The translations under genes were made by a program, and so were the position numbers. 64,000 nucleotides of DNA. Source: Owenia fusiformis (lineage: Eukaryota). Below are positions 13,185-24,400 of the stretch, piece by piece. The first letter of the stretch is position 1. Each line of letters starts with the position of its first letter. The notes below the pieces were generated by a model. It was not told the DNA's origin and did not search any database. It worked only from the letters and a program-made list of their open reading frames with translations. The DNA lies in the NCBI GenBank assembly GCA_903813345.2, contig CAIIXF020000001.1, positions 26,784,001 to 26,848,000 on the forward strand, given 5' to 3'.

Positions 13185-14542
13185 TAGGTCTAGTATTGAT
13201 TGAGTATTGCCCCTAAATAGATATTAAAGGGGCGCTGAATATTGGACTTAGTTAATGAGGACCATTTTAAACTGTCAATTAAAACATGTATTCAATGTTT
13301 CAAAATAATGAAACTGAAATTTTGGGCAAAATAAGTGATATTTCGTTTGTGGGAATGAAAACTGATGATAGAAATAATATCAGTAGCCAAAAACTGTATA
13401 AGCAATTTAAACATGGAAATGATGCCAATTTAGAAGTATTATATGAAAAGAAATGGTTAGAAAATGAAATAACTTCACAATTAATGGGATCATTGAGGCA
13501 CACATTGATAAAAATCACACTTGGATTCTTAAAGATTCAAAGTAAAATGAATGAATGCGTTTCTCAATGACAACAAGCGTGTATCTTGCTCTCTCTCCAT
13601 GACAACAATTTTTGGCCCCATCAGCACAAGGTCGAAAATACAGTAATTACTAATTATCAAGTTCAATAAGAAATGTGAAACTTCATATTTAATAGCACAA
13701 TTATTTATTTCTACCAATATATAAATAAATGTTTACTTCATTGAATTCAGAATTTACCACGGTTAAATATATTTTATGAAGTACAGGGTTTACCATAATC
13801 AAACATAAATAACATAATTATGACTTTATCCTCTATGAAATACAGAAATTGGTGGTTAACTGGAATTCAGTTTGTTGAGGCGACCCCTCAATCCGAAACG
13901 CCTAGCATCACTTAAAAAAATTCTGGCCGCAACTGAAATGTAAAGATGTTCAAAGATTTTAAATAAGCTTTATCTGAAAATATGTTTTTGCGCGATAAAC
14001 TTTTAATTGAATATGAATATATAAACAACAGATTGACACCCAGTCTCTTATTAAAAAGTTTAAAGTCAAAATATTGTGGAAGTAAATAAAAATGATTTTT
14101 TAATTTTCAAGACTTGTCTTATCTGTTCAATGAAAAAATCATACATATAATTTGAACCAAGGTGTATGATAAAGTTATATATAAACTATCTATTTTATAT
14201 GCTGGTACAGTAGAATTTCGCATGGCTTTTCAACATAGCACCATATTTGACTTTTCAGGCTCCACTTTTATTATTCTATGCCTATATAATGTTACTGTGC
14301 ACTGTCATATATGTACATAATCATGTGTCTACATGGCGTTTTGAAAGAGTATAGAGCTAGATTCAAAGCACCGTTCTTGCGAGTTTCAAATGAAAATATT
14401 GAAAATGCATGTATTGAGGACTGCAACTTTTTATGTCTACACTCAAAACTTGAAATTCCCGCTGTAAAGATATAGTCCCACGCGGAAGTGCACGTCATAA
14501 AACTGATGGGTTAAGGCAATGTGCCGTCCCACTGACACGGAT

Positions 14543-14653
14543 TTTGGTACAACGCGCATCGGTAGGTCTTTTCGGCACAATGCGCGTCGGTATAATGGGT
14601 TTCGGTATAATGGGTTTCGGTATAATACGCGTCGGTATAATGAGGTGATCCCC
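14543..14653 (-). repeat. 15-bp tandem array, right arm of a putative foldback element
   Basis: Reverse complement of the 8621 array (GGTTTCGGTATAATG, CGCGTCGGTATAATG), ending in CCCC. Confidence 0.8.
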
Positions 14654-14687
14654 TATGTGTTCATTGTTCTCTATTCAGAAAAATATT

Positions 14688-15715
14688 AATAAGGAAAATG
14701 TACTGGGAGGTTTTGGATATGGGGTTTATCCAGAGGCAGATATGCATATCTACCTTCGGTAGGTATATAAGAGTTATGTACTGGGAGGTTTTGGATATAG
14801 GGTATATCCCGAGGTATATATTTATATCTCCCCGAGGGACCGAAGGGACAAAGGGGAGATATAAATATTTCCCGAGGGATATACCCTATTTCCAAAACCT
14901 ACCGTACATACTGTACTGTACAGTAACTGGTGTATCTCCTACCATGAGTGGGTTTGGGGTTCTACCTTTTTCAAATAACAAGATAGGCCTATTTAATGTA
15001 AAAGCAGAATTTATATTTAACATTTTCGTATCTTTAGTTCAATTCAAGGAAATTGAAACATTTAAAATTTAAAACTTAAATTAAAATTTTTTAAACTTCC
15101 CGGGAGCGGGATGGATATACAATATATCCTGCCCGCTCCTCAGATATGATATATATTCCCGGATGATATCTACGCTGCGCTCACTCGTAGAGATGGGCGA
15201 TATCCAATCATGGATAAAATGGTATCCCACAAAAATCATAGATTATCCTCTATTTATCCCATACTTGGATGTGTTACAGGTACATAAAGCAGGTTTGTAA
15301 AAACCTATATTTTCATCAGCGGGCAGATACAGCTTTACGTCCCGCTCCGAGCGGGCAGATATAGTATATGCCCGCTACGTCATAATCGCCATTCGCATAT
15401 TGGTTAATTTTTGTAAAGTTCACATGTTTGAAATTTTCTGAACTGTGGCCAATTGAACAATGTGAACCAGATGACCAAAATTGGTATGGGATAAACAGAT
15501 CATCCTATAGTCGGTTCAGGATATTGGGATTATCCCTTGGTCAATATAATATATCTACCCTCGGGACATACGGCCCTCGGGCAGATATATTTGCCTCGGG
15601 ATAATCCCAATATCCTGAGCCTCATATAGGATAATCTCTATTTATCTCAGGTAGATATGCATATCTCATGTAGGATAAACCCCATTTCCAAAGCGACCAT
15701 ACATCATTGCTTTAA
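14688..15715. mobile_element. Non-autonomous element with nested palindromes (family uncertain, possibly Crypton-type)
   Basis: Outer inverted repeat (GGATATGGGGTTTATCC..AGATATGCATATCTACCT vs AGGTAGATATGCATATCT..GGATAAACCCCATTTCC), plus internal hairpins centred on CCCGAGGG/CCCTCGGG motifs. Confidence 0.55.
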
Positions 15716-16013
15716 CCTATACCCAGTTAAGTTTTCTAAACTATTTTTCTTTAATTTCAATTAAAAGTAATTTCAATTTTTCAGTAAGTGGACGATATTC
15801 CTGGGAGCCTGGAGGTTTTGGATATGGAAATCTAAAAATCAGGATAAGGGATTTATCTCACCAACTTATCTCCCGTAAACTCTTCTGGGCAATAGATGAA
15901 TATTGATATACACATTTTATTTTTATTTTTTGAATACTTTAGAACACACTAACTGCCATCAAAGCCAGTTTCAAAAGTTGCCAATTTGGAAAAACACCTT
16001 TACATATTTTCAG

Positions 16014-16459
16014 ATGGAGCTTTGGTTGAAAGAAACTCAAATGGATATAGTCACACACATATAGAAATGACGCCCTCTGATACAAGGCATTCAGCCCAGC
16101 ATACATCAACAAATCAAGCTAGTCCCCCACCACAAGCTTCTGCAGACCTCCAGCATCCCACAACTGATCAATGTCGCGATGACAGACAACAGCAGGCAAC
16201 TGGAGAAATCAGGCAACATGATAACACAAAGGAAAGATTAAAAAGAAAATTAACTGACATTGAAAAGCAGGAATGCTCAACTGAAATTGACAGAGATGTT
16301 GTAACACATGTGGAGGATGATGGAGGGAGATCAGGTTTTGATGACGTTGGAGCAGCTGATGATAATGATACAGATATCAACTCTGATATACTGGATATAA
16401 ATAAGAATGAAACTCAAAAAGATCTTAACACTGGAATTTGCTCTTTAACTTTAGCTTAG
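16014..16459 (+). CDS. Candidate terminal coding exon (disordered S/T/Q/D-rich tail), possibly an alternative last exon of the aquaporin
   Basis: Acceptor TTTTCAG at 16013 and about 147 open codons to TAG. Its phase 1 matches the aquaporin exon-4 donor at 7152. Confidence 0.5.
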
Positions 16460-16529
16460 ACTTATGCATGATAAACATTGTGTGTATGTCAGTTTGGGTC
16501 ACTGGATTGTATCTTGCGAGTAAAGTGAT

Positions 16530-17470
16530 TGTACAACATTTAGGTTCAAGAGGTTGTATACCATTTATGGTTCAAGAGGTCGTACATCAGTTAGGGTCAA
16601 GAGGTTGTGCATCATTTATGGTCAAGAGGTTGAAAATCATTTACGGTCAAGAGGTTGTACATCATTTATGGTTCAAGAGGTTGTACATCAGTTAGGGTCA
16701 AGAGGTTGTGCATCATCTATGGTCAAGAGCCTGTACATTATTTACAGTCAAGAGGCTGTCCAACATTTAGGGGCAAGAGGCTGAACATCAGTTAGGGTCA
16801 AGAGGATCAAGAGGTTGTACATCATTTATGGTCTAGAGGTTGTACATCATTTAGAGTCTAGAGGTTGTACATCATTTATGGTCAAGAGGTTGTACATCAA
16901 TTATGGTCTAAGAGGTTGTACATCATTTAGAGTCTAGAGGTTGTACATCATTTATGGTCAAGAGGCTGAACATCATTTAGGGTCAAGAGATTGTACATCA
17001 TTTACTGTCTAAGAGAAGTGCATTATTTAGGATCAAGAGGTTGTACATCATTTATGGTCAAAAGGTTGTACATCAGTAAGGGTCTAGGGATTGTACATCA
17101 TTTACGGTCAAGAGGTTGTACATCATTTAGAGCCTAGAGGTTGTAAATCATTTAGGATCAAGGGGTTGTACATTATTTAGGATCAAGAGGTTGTGCATCA
17201 GTTGGGGTCTAGACTTTGTACATCATTTATGTTTTTTTTAGGTTATTGTTATTTATTTCCATATTATGTCAGAAAATTAACTGACATTGAAAAGCAGGAA
17301 TGCTCAGCTGTTGTTCATCAGTTAGGGTCAAGAGGTTGTGCATCATTTACGGTCAAGAGGTTGTACATCATTTAGAGTCTAGAGGTTGTACATCATTAAG
17401 GATCAAGAGGTTGTACATTATTTAGGATCAAGAGGTTGTGCATCAGTTGCGGTCACTGGATTGTACATCA
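16530..17470 (+). repeat. 25-bp minisatellite (GGTCAAGAGGTTGTACATCATTTAT)
   Basis: Over 30 diverged tandem units, interrupted at about 17230-17306. Confidence 0.92.
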
Positions 17471-18422
17471 AATATTTGGGTTTCCGTTGTTCCAGAAAAA
17501 TGACAAAATGAGTCATTAAATTATTATGATTTTATTACATTTATAAGTTTTTATGATACAAGAGCATGCTAAACATACATGTATGTAAGCTTCAGATTAC
17601 AGTGTACATTGTACATAACATTGCATTTTAAATATATATAGTTTAATGAAAATGTACATATGATTGGTACTCGAGTATATTTTGAGATAAGTAACAACTT
17701 ATGTCATCATAGTATCAAAAATACAAACAATCACTTTACAATGAGGATTTACAATCCATTTTTGTTTTTTTATAATATGTAATTTTGCATTTACAAAATT
17801 TTCTAAATCAATATCGTCTTATCCACTGAAATCAACTATATTATAAAATGTGATACAACTTTAAAAAGAAAATATGTGTAACGTATTCGAGGTAAGGCTG
17901 TACACAGGGAAATTGATAACATAATATAAAGTGAGATAATCACCCTATGACATGTATGATGCAGAACAATGCAGAAAAATGATGAGATTTTATGAGTTAA
18001 GAATCCAAAGAGTATGTGGAAATAGCATTAAGAATTCTTTTTACTTTGTGCAATTCTGCATCATCAATGTAGGATCGGATGATTGATAATATTGCCTAAG
18101 ATCATTTTAATCTGTCAGCAAAGCTTATTTTTATAAGCTTTATTGAAGGCTTATTTCTGCCACTGAACATGGACACAATCAGTCTTGTTACAAGAGATGG
18201 GCACAAGTTGAAAATGCCCTCAAATAATTTCCCTAAAATGTTCCAAATCAATATCAAATAATCAGTGTGAAACATATCCAGGTTGGCCAAGATTAACATA
18301 CTGGTACATCATCGTCAAACTTAACAGATGCACATATAAACCAATCTGAGACATATCTTATTTAAATCATTGTGAAGGTCATAGTATATCATAGTCTGTA
18401 CAATTTCCTATGAGCTGGCTTC

Positions 18423-21400
18423 TCACCAAAGTTTAGGCTGTTTTTTCTTTAGTCCACCAGTTGATCGAGTTCTTGTATTGCGCGGAGCTGTAGATGACTT
18501 CTGAGATGATAGTCGAGTTCGCACCCCAGTTGAGACAGATTCTTCCGGAATGGGTGAAATGAAGTTAATAGGACTATTTGACATGCTGGTTAAGTTTTTC
18601 TTGTTCCTAGAATAAAGATATGAATTCAATCCTTTTAACATGTTAAAAGTGAATATAATATTATTTGAAACAGGCCCATGTCATCAAATATTTGTAACAA
18701 ATTATATTTGCATTGCATTGTGCAGAATTCCTGTTGTGTTTTAAAGCTGTACATGTTACAAGATGTTCCAATAAACAAACAAGCAAAACTCAGTTCACTG
18801 CAAGTTAAAAATATATAGAATAGAATTTACACTGAACAATTTGTGCACTGCAATCTATGATTAGTGAAAACAAGGAAAGGATGAGTCTGGGAATGAGTCT
18901 GGGTATTATTTCTACTTTGTATGTCATATATGTTGCCATTGGTGTTTTTTCTATGATGATGACTATTTGTTTTCTGTTAGGATACTTATTTTGACTGAGG
19001 GACCAAAAGGACTCATCCTTTACACTTATTCAGTGTGGTTGGGTGGTTTACTCTTGCACAAACTTACTTGGGAGGCCTGCCTCTTCTTGGTTTAGTGGCC
19101 TCTGGTATAGACTCGCTCTCAGATGTAGAGCTCACTCTGCTACTTTGCCTGGTGGGCTTACTTCTTGTGGGGGTTTTTCTGGTGGGGGTCAGGTGTCCTG
19201 AACGTGTACGAGTGGCTGGGGGTGAGAACACAAAGGGCTTGGCAGGACTTACTGGCTCTGCTTGTAGTTTGGCTCGAGTGCCTGAAAAACATTTTTTGTA
19301 CCATTAGTATCCTAACTGACTAATCTCGTTTTACAAAAACACTTCTGAAAATGTCTACAGTCAAATCATACAGGTCTTACTGCATCTTACAGGCGTTTAT
19401 TAAATATGAATTGCCAATATTAAATGTTTACTTCAATTTCAAAGAAACTGCATCCATTGACTTAATTTTTGGACTTTCTTGGACACTGTAACCACACCAA
19501 TGGTGGAACAGATCAACATGGAGTGCATATTAATACACTAACTGCATGTAGGAACAACAATAATTTTAGTAAGAATTCATACAAGCGTCAAACATACTAT
19601 AACCACTGTAGATACCTACCTTCTGGTGAGTTGACAGGCATAGGGTTGGAGAAAGTAAAACTTGGTGCTCCTCCCCCTGGTAAAACACAAATACAAAAAA
19701 CAATGTCAGTACAAACATAGTGTAACAAACAAATTACACACCAAATTATATTAGTTTATAAAGCCCTAAGTTGAGGGTAGATGAAAATAGTGACCTATAG
19801 AAGTATTACATTACACCAGGGGGTTTCATTAGCAGCAGGCAACAGGCGATTTTCACCGGTCGTTCACAAAATGGCCTGATGTTTTTAAGGACTTGTCAAC
19901 TTTTCCATGTTAAATTTATGATTTCCATTAATTTTGCCTGTTGTTTTCATTTATTTAGCCTGTTGTGAGAAATTCTAGTGAAACCCCCGTAACACACAAA
20001 CATATTAATGGAAAAGCAATATCATGATTTTTAGAACAAATGCTGATAAAACCATGCTGATGAAATGACATCGATAAAAATAATCTAGTCTAGCACAAAT
20101 CCACAATATACTTGTAGGCAAATTCACAATCAATTTTCAGAGAACTAACTATTCATGATGGTACAATTTTAGAATGCCAAATATACATGTATATGTGCAT
20201 TATGATTCCAAACATTTTAGCAAATAGACTACAAAGTACAATCGCACCCGGTTGAGAAAATCATGTAATTTCCCTTTGGACATTTCTTCATTACAAAACA
20301 AATGAAATGCCAAGTTGAGAATAAATCTATTGTGAACACTGCATAAATTTGTATTAATGCTCAAATGAAAAGATATGGTTAGTAATAATCATTATTATAA
20401 TTATGTAAACAATTCAAGAACCATTTGAGTTGCACAAATAAAAGAAATTACCTTCACAGGCTGACTCATCAGTGTCTGTATTAAATACAGAGTCAGGGGT
20501 CATTTCCCTTGGCCTCCCTCGACCTCTACTTTTCGGGGCCAGTTCTGGGGATGTATCCCTTGATGAACCCTGAGAAGACAGCCTTGAAGTTCTCCGAGTT
20601 GACCGTGGAGCAGGAAGCACAGACGTTGGCTTGGTTTTTGAATTTTGTAAAGTATCGCGTCTCAATCCTGATCTTAAGTTAGACACAGGTTCGGGTGTTG
20701 GGTCGCGTGATAGTCTGCGGGGCCCAGACCTTAAGTTCCTCACGGTGTATGTATCGTTAAGTTGTGGCTGTGGGGAAGGATCCCTGGAAGATGCATGTTC
20801 GGATCTTAAATTTCTAACATTGTATGTGTCATTCATAGGCTCAGGTGTCGGGTCTCTGGATGGGGTCTGTCTACCAGACCTCAGACTCCTTGTATTTTGG
20901 GCTTCTGGGGTTACATCACGCGATGGAGTACGTCGGCCAGATCTCAAGCTCCTTGTATTTTGGGATTCCGGGGTTACATCACGTGATGGGGTACGTCGGC
21001 CAGACCTCAAGCTCCTGGTATCAGTAATTTGGGGTTCCGGGGTAACATCCCGTGATGGCGTCTGTCGGCCAGATCTCAAGCTCCTTGTATTTTGGGATTC
21101 TGGGGTTACATCACGGGATGGAGTGCGCCGGCCAGACCTCAAGCTTCTGGTATCAGTAATCTTGGGTTCAGGGGTAACATCCCGTGATGGAGTTCGTCTA
21201 CCAGACCTCAGACTCCTAGTATTCTGGGCTTCTGGGGTAACATCTCTGGAAGTGGAACCTCGACTAGACCTCCGGGTCATTATAGGCTCTGGGGTGTTAT
21301 CACGTGAAGGAGTGTGGTCCCCAGATCTTAGTCTTTGCATGTAGGAACCGGTGGATAATGGGGAGGTATCAGTTACATCTTTTGTCTCTGCAATACAAAA

Positions 21401-24400
21401 AAACAGATAAAACATTCTGTGATATCTATTTAATAAAAATGATTTGACCAGGCAAGAGACTGTCGAGAATAAAACTATAAATACAGCATCTCCACAGAAC
21501 AAAGATCAATTCACTAATTTTTCGAACACTTGGAGACCTAAAGAATTTTTTTGTGTTACCAAGCTCTGGCATCAAGTTTTTAAAAAATCAGGTTTTGAAG
21601 TGTGGTTTATCTCACGAAGCCATTATTTTCCAATAAAGCATGTAATTTCTAGTTTTGCATTCATCCACATCATCCTTGCAGTGTGCTCTCATGACGATGC
21701 AGATTCCAAACACAGTTCGAGTGGTACTTTCAATTGACTGTTGCTTACCTATCATTGAGATCTGGCATATATTTTGAAATAGCCATAATTTAGTCAGATT
21801 TGAACTTGTACATATTTTTTCAACTGTACAAACAATCATGTGGTTTTGACAACGAGAATGAAAATACAGCTGCAATTTTTATTGGATCACCCTATACATC
21901 TCTAAGCAATCACTCAATGTTGACCATAAACACCTATTCAGTGAATAGAGTATCTTACAAACCTGGTTCTACATCAGACATATCACTGGCATCTGGTGGC
22001 ATGTTACTCTGTGTTGTGGAGCTGCTTTCACTCTCTATGGTACTGCTCTCTGAACCTGACCTAGAAGAACCCGACCTGGTGGACCTTGGACTCACTGAAG
22101 TCCGACTGCTAATTGAGGGGCTCACCTAAAAAGGAAGTATGGATTGATTAGTCACTGTGCATAATACAGTTGCACCATAGCCTTGTGTCTCATACTGTAT
22201 AGAAGCCAGGTCTATTCGTATTTCATAAATCTGAGTTTTTATCTTGTAGTAATGTAAAAATGAAATTTAAAAATTGGCCCTTTGTTTCTAGCCTGCATAA
22301 TACAGCCTATGGAAATCATACGTAACAAAAAAATTTAAGACAAGACAAAGGGAAAAACAATAAAAATCCTAAAATTTTACCTGTTGGGTGACAGGTAATG
22401 TAGGACTGGGTTTAGGCGATTTCTGTACTTTGCTTCTGGGAGAGGGGGGCGGAGGAGTTTTGAACCCTTCATCAGACTGGAACAAAAAGGAACAAGCCTT
22501 AGAAACAATACACATTGCCTTAAATTGGCAAACAGTATATACAAGAGTTTTCACCGATAGTATGCAATGAACAGTTCTTGACAAAATTACTAAAGTTTAA
22601 CATGGTGTTCTAACCTTTGTTGAATCTACTGATGAAAGCCTGGAATTCCTCAAAGAAGTCTGTTTATTATTGGGAATAGTATTAGGAGAAAGATGCTGTA
22701 TAGACTCATCACTAGGTATTTCCACTGTCAGTTCCGGGACCTCCATAGGAACAAGTGATGATTTATTGGATATGTTTGCTGAGCACTTTGGAGATTGTTT
22801 CGGGGAATGTTTTGGAGAACTGTTGTAAACGTGTTCAGTTGTATTTACAACCAAGGCAGTTAGATTTGATTTACCCATGGTATCATACTGTTCTACATTG
22901 TCTTTAAGTGTTCTATTGCTAATATTCTGTTTAATTTCTAGCACCTTGTCAACATCTATGCCACCATCATCACCTTTATGTTTCACTGTATCATGATGTA
23001 GTTCATTTTCACTAGAATCAATCACAGATATGGTTTCAATAGTTTCATTTTGATCTGTAGAATCAATTATTTCTATTGTAGAGTCCTTTACTTCTATAGT
23101 TTCAATAGTGTCATTTTTATCTTCTAAGGTGTCAATGGCAGCTTTAGTCTTATTTATGTCATCCTGAGGGACGATTTTGTTATCTATGATGTTCTTATTT
23201 TTTATATTTATTTCCTCTTGAGCTTCAGCAAAGTGTTCTCTGCCACTAGTTTTTAAATTGCCTTCCATGGCATTATCTCTCCTATCAATGCTTTCATTAC
23301 GAGTTTCAATTTGATCAAAAGATTCATCTTCAATACTGTCACTATATACATCATTTTCATCATCATTATTGAGCACATCATTGACAACCTTTTGACACTC
23401 TTCTCTAGCAGAAACAACATTCACTTCATCTACATCATTAAATTCCATAACAGCATCTTCCTGATCTTCCACATCACTATCTTGCTTTTCAGCGACATTC
23501 TCTTCATAGGATGTGTCCCTTTGTGCCTCTGAGGTGGCAAGAATATTGCGGATTATATTTCTAATATTCTTTGTTGTTTGAGGTGTCTGAGGGGTCTCTG
23601 TGAGGTGGTCTTGTTCGGGTGTTCTCAGTGGGGGAGTATCGTGACTAACATCCATGATGTCAACATGGTCTAAAAATACAGAAAACAAAATTATAAATGG
23701 GTTACATCTTAAGACATTCTAGATTTCATGAATTTATAATTGTAAACAATGTGTGAACAATTTATCATAATAGCACTTAGATAGATATACATATGTTATT
23801 TTATTAGTATGACTAATTGAGTCCTGAGTGTCACACTTTGTTAATAAGCTGCTTCAATGTATGTAATATTCAACACTGAAATGCTGAGTGTCCATAGGGG
23901 ATAATACTAAGTACCTGAAATATATTTTACTCCACTGAAAAAATATTACAAATTGTTTTTTTGTGAAATGATTCTACACTTTACAATGGGCATTTGTTGT
24001 AATTTCACTGAAATACAAGAATGCAAGAATCTAGAAAGCTGATTACGAGTAACTAAATCATGAAAATCTACCATTCATACCTTGTTCTTCCTGATCCCCC
24101 TTATTTACACTTTTATTAAGGTTAAAAGTGATGTCATTGTCTACATTTTGTACACCTTCCATATCTTCCTCTTCTTGGTTGTCAGTGGTGTCAAGCCTCA
24201 GGGCTAGAGATTCCTCTGGGCTCCCTACCAGTGGAGATGCACCACCAACCCTCACTGGGCTCTCTACTAGTGTATCAGTCCTTGAAGCCATCTTGGGGGA
24301 TTTTCTAAAACATTTAATCCTCGGATTAAGCAACTTTACTTTATTGCAGTAAAAAATATCAGATGTCAATGATTGATTAATAATTTGATAATATGAATTA

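Noticed and set aside
13286-13570. 94-aa ORF inside the putative foldback element
   Set aside because: No recognisable domain or splice context; cannot be supported as a gene.
16438-17375. ORFs in the 25-bp array; possible CRISPR array
   Set aside because: Head-to-tail minisatellite without spacers; the ORFs are incidental.
20631-21344. 237-aa plus-strand ORF
   Set aside because: Antisense shadow of the repetitive ELYS exon.
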